This document shows, piece after piece, positions 25,101 to 37,768 of a stretch of 64,000 nt of DNA. The stretch comes from Macrostomum hystrix (taxonomy: Eukaryota > Animalia > Platyhelminthes), in the NCBI GenBank assembly GCA_950097015.1, contig CATNEN010000038.1:2852001-2916000 (forward strand), written 5' to 3'. Positions within the stretch are counted from its first letter, which is position 1, and every line of letters starts with the position of its first letter. The translations under genes and the position numbers were made by a program. The notes below the pieces were generated by a model, which saw nothing but the letters and a program-made list of their open reading frames with translations, had not been told where the DNA came from and did no database searches.

Positions 25101-28100
25101 TCGATTGCGTATCTCAACCCTTAGTAATCCCATACGTATCTCCATCCCTAGTAATCCCTTACGTATCTCAATCCCTATTAATCCCATACGTATCTCAATC
25201 CCTATTAATCCCATACGTATCTCAATCCCTATTAATCCCATACGTATCTCTATCCCTAGTAATCGATTGCGTATCTCAACCCTTAGTAATCCCATACGTA
25301 TCTCCATCCCTAGTAATCCCTTACGTATCTCAATCCCTAGTAATCCCTTACGTATCTCCATCCCTATTAATCCCATACGTATCTCCATCCCTAGTAATCG
25401 ATTGCGTATCTCAACCCTTAGTAATCCCATACGTATCTCCATCCCTAGTAATCCCATACGTATCTCCATCCCTAGTAATCCCTTACGTATCTCCATCCCT
25501 AGTAATCCCTTACGTATCTCCATCCCTAGTAATCCCATACGTATCTCCATCCCTAGTAATCCCATACGTATCTCCATCCCTAGTAATCCCATACGTATCT
25601 CAATCCCTAGTAATCCCTTACGTATCTCCATCCCTAGTAATCCCATACGTATCTCAATCCCTAGTAATCCCATACGTATCTCCATCCCTAGTAATCCCTT
25701 ACGTATCTCCATGACATCCTTGACACTGGCCTCGTGTTCTCCCTAAACACAGAGCATTCTGACGCGCATGGAGAGCCTTCAGGAGACCTCCACCTCCGGG
25801 GTTGGTGGCAACGGCGGGGCCTCGGTCTCTGTCAGACAGAATTCGTCGGCATCCGGCAGCGGACGAGTCGGCGGTATCGCCGGCGGCGGTCGGGTGAAGT
25901 CAGCCCTGTCCTCCAGCTCGACTGCTGGCACCTCGTTTTCCGCCTCGATGGACAGCCCGCTGGTATTTCCCAAGGTGGGCTGGCCATTGTGTGTGCACTC
26001 GGTTACTGCCTCACCTTTTCAATCCCTCAACTTGTCACTCCCTCACCTTGTCACTCCCTCAACTTGTCACTCCCTCACGTTGTCACTCCCTAACCTTGTC
26101 ACTCCCTCACCTTGTCACTCCCTCACCTTGTCATTCCCTCACCTTGTCACTCCCTCACCTTGTCATTCCCTCACCTTGTCACGACTTCACCTCGTCGCTC
26201 CCTCACCTTGTCACTCCCTCACCTTGTCACTCCCTCACCTTGTCATTCCCTCACCTTGTCACTCCCTCACCTTGTCACTCCCTCACCTTGTCATTCCCTC
26301 ACCTTGTCACGACTTCACCTCGTCGCTCCCTCACCTTGTCACTCCCTCACCTTGTCATTCCCTCACCTTGTCACGACTTCACCTCGTCGCTCCCTCACCT
26401 TGTCACTCCCTCACCTTGTCACTCCCTCACCTTGTCATTCCCTCACCTTGTCACTCCCTCACCTTGTCATTCCCTCACCTTGTCACGACTTCACCTCGTC
26501 GCTCCCTCACCTTGTCACTCCCTCACCTTGTCATTCCCTCACCTTGTCACTCCCTCACATTGTCATTCCCTCACCTTGTCACGACTTCACCTCGTCGCTC
26601 CCTCACCTTGTCACTCCCTCACCTTGTCACTCCCTCACCTTGTCATTCCCTCACCTTGTCACGACTTCACCTCGTCGCTCCCTCACCTTGTCATTCCCTC
26701 ACCTTGTCACTCCCTCACCTTGTCATTCCCTCACCTTGTCACGACTTCACCTCGTCGCTCCCTCACCTTGTCACTCCCTCACCTTGTCACTCCCTCACCT
26801 TGTCACTCCCTCACCTTGTCATTCCCTCACCTTGTCACTCCCTCACCTTGTCATTCCCTCACCTTGTCACTCCCTCACCTTGTCATTCCCTCACCTTGTC
26901 ACGACTTCACCTCGTCGCTCCCTCACCTTGTCACTCCCTCACCTTGTCACTCCCTCACCTTGTCACTCCCTAACCTTGTCGTTCTTTCGCCTTGTCACTC
27001 ATTCGCCATGTCACTTATCGTAATCTAGCTGCCGAAATGATATCACACTCGGTAATGACCCCCGGACGCCAACATGCCCGCTCACCGCAGACTGAGCCGC
27101 CCTCCTCGAAACCTGTCGCTGGTGGCGGCAGCAGCGCCAGTCGACTCTCCCAGCAGGAGGCCTCGCTAACTTCGGCTGAACGACTCGACCGGCTGCTCGG
27201 CGCCTCCAGATCCTCGTCGGCGACGTCCGCAGTGGCTGATCAGAACGGGCGCAGTTCTCTGTCGCCGCAACGGCAGCCTCCGGCGAACGCGCCAAATCGA
27301 CGAGTCTCTGTCATCATGGAGAAGGAGAAGACGGAGGAGTCCGAGACTGAGAGGCGCAGAATATCCAGGCACAATCGGGCTACCAAGCGGCTCACACAGG
27401 GCGTCACGCCTGATGATGTGGAACAGGTGCATTTTATAGGGGCTGCTGAAATAGCTTGATAAGTTTCGGATGATGTGATTGTTATAGGTGGGACTGTGTG
27501 AGTGACTGTCGCAGGTGTGGTTGTGAATGATTGTTTCAGGTGACTGTGTGAGTGACTGTCGCAGGTGTGATTGTGAGTGACTATCACAGATGTGAATTGT
27601 GAGGGACTGTCACAGATGTGATTGGGAGTGACTATCACAGGTGTGAATTGTGAGTGCCTATCACAGGTGTGAACTGTGAGTGACTATCACAGATGTGAAT
27701 TGTGAGTGACTATCACAGGTGTGAATTGTGAGTGACTATCACAGGTGTGAATTGTGAGTGCCTATCACAGGTGTGAACTGTGAGTGACTATCACAGGTGT
27801 GAATTGTGAGTGACTATCACAGGTGTGAATTGTGAGTGACTATCACAGGTGTGAATTGTGAGTGACTATCACAGATGTGAATTGTGAGTGCCTATCACAG
27901 GCGTGAATTGTGAGTGACTATCACAGGCGTGAATTGTGAGTGCCTATCACAGGTGTGAACTGTGAGTGACTATCACAGGTGTGAATTGTGAGGGACTTTC
28001 ACAGGTGTGAATTGTGAGTGACTATCACAGGTGTGAATTGGGAGTGCCTATCACAGGTGTGAACTGTGAGTGACTATCACAGATGTGAATTGTGAGGGAC

Positions 28101-30214
28101 TATCACAGGTGTGAATTGTGAGTGACTATCACTGGTGTGAATTGTGAGTGACTATCACAGGTGTGAATTGTGAGTGCCTATCACAGGTGTGAATTGTGAG
28201 TGACTATCACAGGTGTGAATTGTGAGTGCCTATCACAGGTGTGAATTGTGAGTGACTTGGTGTGATTTATGAGTATCACCATTAGTTGTTTGTTCTAATT
28301 GTCAGGCTCGAAAGTTGATGGCGGCCAAAGTGGGCACACCGACCACTAGCGCAATCAGTGGCCCAACAGACTTAGTGGACAACATGCCAGCTGTCAGCGC
28401 ATCAGCCAGCTCTGCTTCCTCGGTCTCCGCCACCGTCCACACAGCTGCTACATCCGCTACAACGTTGTCTGTTGCAGCCGCAAATCCAAATGAGGAAAAC
28501 AATGCCGGCTTGCTTTCAAGAACATCCGAGGTTCGTTGCCTAATGACATCTTAGTCTTTTTTACACTAACGGTATTTTATTTACGCTGCGGTAAAATTTT
28601 CGGGTCAATTCCAGAGCAATAACTCCGTGCCAGATCGGCTGTTCCGAATTCGCCCCGACTCCTATCACGGCGGCAACTCCGCGCTGACGCCAACTTCAGC
28701 AGCCGCCACCGACTATCGGCTGCTGTACGACACCGAGCGGATCAGGTCGGAACAGCTGGAACGGGAGAACATCCGGATGAAGCGCGAACTGGAGAGACTG
28801 CGCAGACAGTTGGAGAGTCAGCAGCAGCAGCAACAGCAGCAGCAGCAACAGCAGCAGCAGCGGTCCGGCATTGACCGCAGTCTGGCCGGATACGAGGCGC
28901 ATGAAAAGGTGAGATTGTGTTGCTGTTAACTGCTGACTAAATTCTTCTTTCCTATGCTGTCCCTTATCTCTGCTTTCCTTCTCCTCCTCTTCCCCTTCCC
29001 TCATTACCCCCATCAATCTCTACCCCCATCAATCTCTAGCCCCATCAATCTCTACCCCCATCAATCTCTAGCCCCATCAATCTCTAGCCCCATCAATCTC
29101 TAGCCCCATCAATCTCTACCTCCATCAATCTCTACCTCCATCAATCTCTAGCCCCATCAATCTCTACCTCCATCAATCTCTACCCCCATCAATCTCTAGC
29201 CCCATCAATCTCTAGCCCCATCAATCTCTAGCCCCATCAATCTCTACACCCATCAATCTCTACCCCCATCAATCTCTACCCCCATCAATCTCTAGCCCCA
29301 TCAATCTCTACACCCATCAATCTCTAGCCCCATCAATCTCTAGCCCCATCAATCTCTAGCCCCATCAATCTCTACCTCCATCAATCTCTACCTCCATCAA
29401 TCTCTAGCCCCATCAATCTCTAGCCCCATCAATCTCTACCCCCATCAATCTCTAGCCCCATCAATCTCTAGCCCCATCAATCTCTAGCCCCATCAATCTC
29501 TAGCCCCATCAATCTCTACCTCCATCAATCTCTACCCCCATCAATCTCTAGCCCCATCAATCTCTAGCCCCATCAATCTCTAGCCCCATCAATCTCTACA
29601 CCCATCAATCTCTACCCCCATCAATCTCTAGCCCCATCAATCTCTAGCCCCATCAATCTCTACACCCATCAATCTCTAGCCCCATCAATCTCTAGCCCCA
29701 TCAATCTCTAGCCCCATCAATCTCTACCCCCATCAATCTCTAGCCCCATCAATCTCTAGCCCCATCAATCTCTACCCCCATCAATCTCTAGCCCCATCAA
29801 TCTCTACCCCCATCAATCTCTAGCCCCATCAATCTCTACCCCCATCAATCTCTACCCCCATCAATCTCTATCCCCATCAATCTCTGTCCCACCAATCTCT
29901 ACCCCCATCAATCTCTACCCCCATCAATCTCTACCTCCATCAATCTCTATCCCCATCAATCTCTGTCCCACCAATCTCTACCCCCATCAATCTCTACACC
30001 CATCAATCACTACCCCCTTCCCTCTTGACCCCAGTCACTTTCTACCCCTTCCCTCTCTGCTTAAACTCAATAGCCGAACAAAAAACCTGCTCAGGTTGTC
30101 CAAGCCGAAGCCGAGCTCAACAAGCTCAGACAGGAGAACAGCAAGCTAAAGGCCGACAACACCTCGCTTATCAGAGTAATCAGCCGACTCAGCACGCAGC
30201 CGACCGCTACTTGA
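13106..30214 (+). CDS. PPP1R12A: Myosin phosphatase targeting subunit (MYPT1/Mbs, PP1 regulatory subunit 12)
   Basis: Exons 13106-13366, 15036-15587, 16139-16213, 16325-16410, 16978-17449, 17604-17633, 25753-25974, ~27091-27426, 28306-28530, 28615-28908, ~30074-30214. Contains MyPhoNE motif RRDQIRSW, PP1-binding KVKF, ankyrin repeats (DGLTALHQACID, GWTPLHA, DGWTALHAAAHWG), inhibitory site ESETERR...RLTQGVT, DYRLLYD coiled coil and C-terminal zipper LKADNTSLIRVISRLS. Confidence 0.92.
13985..14205 (+). mobile_element. SINE family A, degenerate copy in MYPT1 intron 1
   Basis: AGGTCCCTAAGCTCAATTC, GAGGGCCAAC and AGGAGTCAGC segments in family order. Confidence 0.55.
15672..16043. repeat. 20-bp minisatellite
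   Basis: Unit TCTTGGTCATCTGYTAGCCT. Confidence 0.95.
18036..18830. repeat. 128-bp tandem repeat (~6 copies)
   Basis: ATCAGGTA recurs at 18183, 18311, 18439, 18567, 18695, 18823. Confidence 0.9.
19430..25712. repeat. 27-bp satellite array, ~6.3 kb (~230 copies), in a MYPT1 intron
   Basis: Unit TACGTATCTCCATCCCTAGTAATCCCW with recurring variants. Confidence 0.97.
26020..26980. repeat. 16-bp minisatellite
   Basis: Unit CCTTGTCAYTCCCTCA with an interspersed CGACTTCACCTCGTCGCT variant. Confidence 0.95.
27540..28257. repeat. 26-bp minisatellite
   Basis: Unit GTGACTATCACAGGTGTGAATTGTGA. Confidence 0.95.
29007..30015. repeat. 16-bp minisatellite
   Basis: Unit CCCCATCAATCTCTAS. Confidence 0.95.
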
Positions 30215-30299
30215 CTGACGGACCGGATTCGCTTCTGTTAGCTGCTGCTTTCGCCTTTGTTCTGCTGTCTTCCTTGTAGTATTGTGTTCGCGCCTATGC

Positions 30300-30948
30300 A
30301 AGTCTCATCTCCCTATAGTCTCACCCAAGATTCTCCTGTCTCACCCTAGATTCCCTCCTGTCTCATCTTAGATTCTCTCCTGTCTCACGCTAGATTCTCT
30401 CCAGTCTCATCCTAGATTCTCCCCAGTCTCACGCTAGATTCTCCAGTCTCACGCTAGATTCTCTCCAGTCCTACCAGAGATTCTCCACAGTCTCACGCTA
30501 GATTCTCGCCAATCCCACCCTTGATTCTCTCCAGTCTCACGCTAGATTTTCTACAGTCTCACGCTAGATTCTCTCCAGTCTCACGCTAGATTCTCTCCAG
30601 TCTCACGCTAGATGCTCCCCAATCTCACCCTAGTTTCTCTCCTGTCTCACCCTAGATGCTCTCCAGTCTCACCCTAGATTCTCTCCTGTCTCACGCTAGA
30701 TTCTTTCCAGTCTCACCCTAGATGCTCCCCAGTCTCACCCTAGATTCTCGTCAGTCCCACCCTAGATTCTCTGCAGTCTCATCCTAGATCCTCTCCAGTC
30801 TCACCCTAGATTCTCTCCTGTCTCACGCTAGATTCTTTCCAGTCTCACCCTAGATTCTCGTCAATCCCACCCTAGATTCTCTGCAGTCTCATCCTAGATC
30901 CTCTCCAGTCTCACCCTTGATTCTCCTCAGTCTCACTCTAGATTCTCA
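30300..30948. repeat. Degenerate 22-bp minisatellite in the probable MYPT1 3' UTR
   Basis: Unit AGTCTCACSCTAGATTCTCTCC. Confidence 0.9.
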
Positions 30949-31745
30949 CACTAGCAGTCGCATGAGGTCTGTCTGTCTTACCAGTAGCGGCCCGCTGACC
31001 TGCTGTATTATGCAGACAACGGCAATAACAGTATATGTGCTCAGCACTGTGCCTGCATATGTGGGTGTAGGTTGTTATTATCGCATCGTGCACTCATTTG
31101 CTTCCTCTTGTACGAATATATAGTTTTAATTTAGTGTTAAGCTGTGTGCTTATTTCGTAATGCAATCGATGAATATACAATTATCACATAGTAAATGCTA
31201 TTTTTCTCTCTACTGGTGCCCCTCTTTATCCTTTCTTATCACTTCCTCCCCACTCACTACACTACACTATTGTGCATGTTTATAAAAATAGACAGCATTA
31301 GTTTATTGCGCGCTTCAGACTACTGACGATCAGTAGAGAATCGTGAGCGCTTCTGGCTTCCCGTGTGCACTTGTCGATTATAATGCAGCATTGGCCCATT
31401 GCGGCGGCGCGCTAACTGTCCGCTTGTTTTTGTTTTAATTTTAATTAATAATTTGCAACAAATTCTGGCTTGTTAAGTCTCCTCTCAAATGCTGGTTGCA
31501 AATAATTTAACCGTATCGCTTTTAGATTTCTTAGCCTATTTTGATTCAGTGCCTGGGGATTAACAAAAAGTTGCCCAATCGATTTTAGACTATTAAGACT
31601 AATTTTTAATTCGTTAACTAATTGAATTATTGGTGAAATTTATTACGCACAATAATTTTATCCGCAAAAATCTTCGTGCCAAAGTTTAGACGTGTCTTAA
31701 ATTAAAAAGTAATTTTTACAATGGGATTTTCCTGAGTCGACTGTG

Positions 31746-33173
31746 TCCACTGTTTGCAATGGAATTTTCCATTATCAGCTGGGTCTCCACTATTTGCAAT
31801 GGAATTTTCCATTATCAGCTGGGTCTCCACTATTTGCAATGGAATTTTCCATTATCAGCTGGGTCTCCACTGTTTGCAATGGAATTTTCCATTATCAGCT
31901 GGGTCTCCACTGTTTGCAATGGAATTTTCCATTATCAGATGGGTCTCCACTATTTGCAATGGAATTTTCCATTATCAGCTGGGTCTCCACTGTTTGCAAT
32001 GGAATTTTCCATTATCAGCTGGGTCTCCACTATTTGCAATGGAATTTTCCATTATCAGCTGGGTCTCCACTGTTTGCAATGGAATTTTCCATTATCAGCT
32101 GGGTCTCCACTATTTGCAATGGAATTTTCCATTATCAGCTGGGTCTCCACTGTTTGCAATGGAATTTGCCATTATCAGCTGGGTCTCCACTATTTGCAAT
32201 GGAATTTTCCATTATCAGCTGGGTCTCCACTGTTTGCAATAGAATTTTCCATTATCAGCTGGGTCTCCACTATTTGCAATGGAATTTTCCATTATCAGCT
32301 GGGTCTCCACTGTTTGCAATAGAATTTTCCATTATCAGCTGGGTCTCCACTATTTGCAATGGAATTTTCCATTATCAGCTGGGTCTCCACTATTTGCAAT
32401 GGAATTTTCCATTATCAGCTGGGTCTCCACTATTTGCAATGGAATTTTCCATTATCAGCTGGGTCTCCACTGTTTGCAATGGAATTTTCCATTATCAGCT
32501 GGGTCTCCACTATTTGCAATGGAATTTTCCATTATCAGCTGGGTCTCCACTGTTTGCAATGGAATTTGCCATTATCAGCTGGGTCTCCACTATTTGCAAT
32601 GGAATTTTCCATTATCAGCTGGGTCTCCACTGTTTGCAATGGAATTTTCCATTATCAGCTGGGTCTCCACTGTTTGCAATAGAATTTTCCATTATCAGCT
32701 GGGTCTCCACTATTTGCAATGGAATTTTCCATTATCAGCTGGGTCTCCACTATTTGCAATGGAATTTTCCATTATCAGCTGGGTCTCCACTATTTGCAAT
32801 GGAATTTTCCATTATCAGCTGGGTCTCCACTGTTTGCAATGGAATTTTCCATTATCAGCTGGGTCTCCACTATTTGCAATGGAATTTTCCATTATCAGCT
32901 GGGTCTCCACTGTTTGCAATGGAATTTGCCATTATCAGCTGGGTCTCCACTGTTTGCAATGGAATTTTCCATTATCAGCTGGGTCTCCACTATTTGCAAT
33001 GGAATTTTCCATTATCAGCTGGGTCTCCACTATTTGCAATGGAATTTTCCATTATCAGCTGGGTCTCCACTGTTTGCAATGGAATTTTCCATTATCAGCT
33101 GGGTCTCCACTATTTGCAATGGAATTTTCCATTATCAGCTGGGTCTCCACTATTTGCAATGGAATTTTCCATT
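31746..33173. repeat. 40-bp minisatellite (~35 copies) with internal inverted repeat
   Basis: Unit TCCACTRTTTGCAATGGAATTTTCCATTATCAGCTGGGTC. Confidence 0.97.
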
Positions 33174-33579
33174 TAGGCTAAACTCATCCGTTAATTTTCC
33201 CATCAGTTTCGTCTCTTACGTGGAGCCAGTTATGTTAATAAATAATTGCCGATGCCCTGATTGATTGCTCTCTGCCGTTTTACTGTCGAATCCTGAGAGA
33301 ACCGACTGCTTCACTTGTATCAAGAACAAACTCGTTTGTGCATGTATCAATAAGTAAACATATGCTTATTTTTGTTTAACTGAATCATACAAATAAATGC
33401 TCCTTTAGCCCATTGTCAGCACTACCCCTTGAGGCTCTGTGATTTTCTCGCCATCTGACATAAAACGCTGTCAAATGGGGTCATGATTAGCGTCGATTTC
33501 GTCTTTTATTTGAGTTCGAGCAGTTATTGTCTCATGTTATATACAGGTTGAGTAATTAGTATCCTATTTTATTTCCAGT

Positions 33580-34385
33580 TTGAGCAGTTATTCTCCCTAA
33601 TATCCCCTGTTGGAGCAGTTATTCTCCCAAATATCCCCTGTTGGAGCAGTTATTCTCCCTAATATCCCCTGTTGGAGCAGTTATTCTCCCTAATATCCCC
33701 TGTTGGAGCAGTTATTCTCCCTAATATCCCCATTGAGTAGTTACTCTCAAACTAATATAATATCCCAGTTTGAGCTCCCGGAAATTCCCCCTTTGAGCAG
33801 TTATTCTCCCAAATATCCCCTGTTGGAGCAGTTATTCTCCCTAATATCCCCATTGAGTAGTTACTCTCAAACTAATATAATATCCCAGTTTGAGCTCCCG
33901 GAAATTCCCCCTTTGAGCAGTTATTCTCCCAAATATCCCCTGTTGGAGCAGTTATTCTCCCTAATATCCCCATTGAGTAGTTACTCTCAAACTAATATAA
34001 TATCCCAGTTTGAGCTCCCGGAAATTCCCCCTTTGAGCAGTTATTCTCCCAAATATCCCCTGTTGGAGCAGTTATTCTCCCTAATATCCCCATTGAGTAG
34101 TTACTCTCAAACTAATATAATATCCCAGTTTGAGCTCCCGGAAATTCCCCCTTTGAGCAGTTATTCTCCCAAATATCCCCTGTTGGAGCAGTTATTCTCC
34201 CTAATATCCCCTGTTGGAGCAGTTATTCTCCCTAATATCCCCTGTTGGAGCAGTTATTCTCCCTAATATCCCCATTGAGTAGTTACTCTCAAACTAATAT
34301 AATATCCCAGTTTGAGCTCCCGGAAATTCCCCCTTTGAGCAGTTATTCTCCCAAATATCCCCTGTTGGAGCAGTTATTCTCCCAG
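33580..34385. repeat. ~31-bp repeat organised into a 120-bp higher-order repeat
   Basis: GAGCAGTTATTCTCCC(T)AATATCCCCTGTTG units; exact 120-bp period over 33721-34200. Confidence 0.93.
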
Positions 34386-34924
34386 ATATCAGTTAGATTA
34401 TCAACAATTCTAGGCCCCTATTAAACAGTCAAACTCACAAGCCCTGGAGCTTAGACTAAGGCTGCTGTGTCACAATAATATTTTTGTCCCATCCCAATGT
34501 CTTGTCGCAACTCACTGAGAATCCGCGTCCCACCTGTGCCATTTTCCACAGCAGTTGCCACTCCTCATGCAGCCGATAATTGAGTCCGATTATTCCCGCC
34601 AGGCTGCTTGGCCGCCTACCCAGCCTCCAGCATGCCAGCTCAACAGCTGAATGATTTTTAGAAGGCCTTCTACACCCTGCTGCATGGATACAGCGGGCGC
34701 TTGGCAACTTTTTTAAAATATCTCTGTAGCCGGGAAAAACAACAATGCCACGTTGCTGGGAATAATATTAGAACAACATTCCCACTTCCCACTGGCCACG
34801 CTTGCCGCAGACGCCACAGTTGAGAGCTCATTAACTTTTAGATAGGCAAACGCTTTACCTCATGCTTGCTATCCGACACTCGTTGCTTGCTGTCTCAACT
34901 GCAATGTCACCCTTGGATAAGTGC

Positions 34925-35496
34925 TGTGCCTTCAGTGCTGTCACATCTGTGCCTTCAGTGCTGTCACATCTGTGCCTTCAGTGCTGTCACATCAGTGCCT
35001 TCAGTGCTGTCACATCTGTGCCTTCAGTGCTGTCACATCTGTGCCTTCAGTGCTGTCACATCAGTGCCTTCAGTGCTGTCACATCTGTGCCTTCAGTGCT
35101 GTCACATCTGTGCCTTCAGTGCTGTCACATCAGTGCCTTCAGTGCTGTCACATCTGTGCCTTCAGTGCTGTCACATCTGTGCCTTCAGTGCTGTCACATC
35201 TGTGCCTTCAGTGCTGTCACATCTGTGCCTTCAGTGCTGTCACATCTGTGCCTTCAGTGCTGTCACATCTGTGCCTTCAGTGCTGTCACATCTGTGCCTT
35301 CAGTGCTGTCACATCTGTGCCTTCAGTGCTGTCACATCTGTGCCTTCAGTGCTGTCACATCTGTGCCTTCAGTGCTGTCACATCTGTGCCTTCAGTGCTG
35401 TCACATCTGTGCCTTCAGTGCTGTCACATCTGTGCCTTCAGTGCTGTCACATCTGTGCCTTCAGTGCTGTCACATCTGTGCCTTCAGTGCTGTCAC
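34925..35496. repeat. 23-bp minisatellite
   Basis: Unit TGTGCCTTCAGTGCTGTCACATC. Confidence 0.95.
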
Positions 35497-35939
35497 CTTC
35501 CCTGAACCTTAAGTACTTTATCTTTTTAAAAGTGCAAACTTGTTAAAGTACAGCCTATTAAAGTACAAGCAAAAGCGGATGCGTGTATTTTATCATGAAT
35601 TACTGCATAATATCTAAGACCTACGTATATTTATAGTATATAAAGGACTGGAGAGAGCTTGTACCATTTAATATACTGAAGAGAGTGATTGTTTAAGCAG
35701 TTAAAAACGTAGGCTTTGTTATAATTTGACTCTTTAAAAAAAGAGTAAATGTTTCTTAGAAAACAAATTTGTTTTGCTTTGCTCTATATAGGAGAAAAAT
35801 GTTTGAAAAACTGCGTGTATGCAAATTATATGAAAACTATTGCAATTAATAAAGTAAGCTTCATAAAGTACTCAAAACGTTATTTTCCTATAGCAAACCC
35901 AATCTCCATTTACTCATCATCTCCCTGTACTCAAGATTT

Positions 35940-36612
35940 CACTCTACTCAAGATATCGATCTCACTCATCTACTCAAGATCCGAATCTTCCCTATCTACT
36001 CAAGATCCAAATCTTTCCTCATCTACTCAAGATCCAAATCTTCCCCATCTACTCAAGATCCCAATCTTCCCCATATACTCAAGATCCCAATCTTCCCCAT
36101 CTACTCAAGATCCCAATCTTCCCCATCTACTTAAGATCCAAATCTTCCCCATCTACTCAAGATCCAAATCTTTCCCATCTACTTAAGATCCAAATCTTCC
36201 CCATCTACTCAAGATCCAAATCTTCCCTATCTACTCAAGATCTAAATCTTCCCCATCTACTCAAGATCCCAATCTTCCCCACCTACTCAAGATCCCAATC
36301 TTCCCCATCTACTCAAGATCCCAATCTTCCCCATCTACTCAAGATCCCAATCTTCCCCATCTACTCAAGATCCCAATCTTCCCCATCTACTTAAGATCCC
36401 AATCTTCCCTATCTACTCAAGATCCAAATCTTCCCTATCTACTCAAGATCCCAATCTTCCCCATCTACTCAAGATCCCAATCTTCCCCATCTACTCAAGA
36501 TCCCAATCTTCCCCATCTACTCAAGATCCCAATCTTCCCCATCTACTCAAGATCCCAATCTTCTCCACCTACTCAAGATCCCAATCTTCCCCATCTACTC
36601 AAGATCCCAGTC
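35940..36612. repeat. 26-bp minisatellite
   Basis: Unit ATCTACTCAAGATCCCAATCTTCCCC. Confidence 0.95.
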
Positions 36613-36678
36613 TTCCAGTCCAAAAGGAAAAGGGTCTCAGCAAAAGTCGTCTAGAACGTGCCATTCCTTCAAGGCGTC

Positions 36679-37351
36679 TCAGTTCTGTCCGGTCTCGTCC
36701 TCGAGCTTCAGCTGCTGGCTCTCCAACTCCTTGACTGGGCGCCTGAAGCTGATCACGGTGTGCAAGTTCGCGGGGTCGGCCGCCGCCTGCTTGAGCCTGT
36801 CAGCCTCTTCGTCCTTCATTGTCTGCAGCTCGCGATCCAGCTGCTGAATGTCCTGCCTGGCCTGGCGGATGTTGCTGAGCGCTGAGGTCGCCTCCAGCTT
36901 GCCGATTTTCTCATACACGCTCAGCGTCCTGACCTGAAAGCGGTTAGACAAACCTGTTAGACATGATTCTCAAACCTATTAGACATGATTCTCTAACCTG
37001 TTAGACATGACTCTCAAACCTGTTAGACATGACTCTCTAACCTGTTAGACTCTCAAACCTGTTAGACTCTCAAACCTGTTAAACTCAGAAACCTGTTAGA
37101 CTCTCAAACCTGTTAGACTCTGAAACCTGTTAAACTCTGAAACCTGTTAGACTCTGAAACCTGTTAGACTGCTGCATTTCCCAATCTTTCAGAGTCGCTC
37201 AGCAACCAACCTGCAGGTCCCTTGGCAGCGCCATGATCATGTTCTCAATCTCCTTATCAGAGTAGATCCTGCGGTGCCTGTTGCCCTCCGGTGTCAGCTG
37301 GCCCGCCTGTTTTTTCGAGGCTGGATCGACTTTGGCAGAGAACAGCGGCAT
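36679..37351 (-). CDS. Uncharacterised 131-aa coiled-coil protein, two exons
   Basis: ATG 37351; exon 37351-37211 (CAG|GTTGGT, phase 0) and exon 36933-36679 (TTTCAG|); GC3-rich codons; TATA-like TATATA about 80 nt upstream. No family recognised. Confidence 0.65.
36943..37170. repeat. 17/22-bp minisatellite filling the orphan-gene intron
   Basis: Units AAACCTGTTAGACTCTC and AAACCTGTTAGACATGAYTCTC. Confidence 0.9.
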
Positions 37352-37754
37352 TGCTCAGACTGGTTTGATCTCAGCTTAAAGTGAAGCTGAACTGTTTGGG
37401 TGTGTTGTTTATTGAGCTGCCTATGCTATCTATATAGTCCCATCGCACAATGAACCACGAGCTGCGAGCCAATAGGATTGCCCCTTCGCCTGTCTCCGTA
37501 TATTGCACCCCACTATGTATTTAGTCAATTCATTTTTGTCGCAATTAGCCAACTAAACAAATTTGATTCGTTTGTCAGCTACTGCGCTCAACTTAATTAT
37601 ACAATTACTACTGATTATTAAAACAAATACTATGATATGGTCTTGATTCCTTATAGCTGCCGTTTTTGTCCATATAGTTTTATTTTGTTACTAGAAAATC
37701 GTAATATTATATGTTATATGCGTCCACACAGTTTGCGCATGATATTTAAAAATG

Positions 37755-37768
37755 GTTGTCATAGCAAC
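37755..37768. promoter_or_regulatory. RFX X-box-like element
   Basis: GTTGTCATAGCAAC; a second, 13-bp variant GTTCCATAGCAAC at 38673-38685; upstream of the microprotein candidate and CCDC170. Confidence 0.45.

Noticed and set aside
19389-25746. Very long ORFs on both strands (up to 1362 aa)
   Set aside because: Translation of a stop-free 27-bp repeat inside a MYPT1 intron; not protein-like.
31746-33173. CRISPR-like palindromic repeat
   Set aside because: Units are contiguous with no unique spacers, there are no cas genes, and the context is eukaryotic.
31743-35546. Repetitive ORFs in several frames
   Set aside because: Products of the 40-, 120- and 23-bp tandem arrays.
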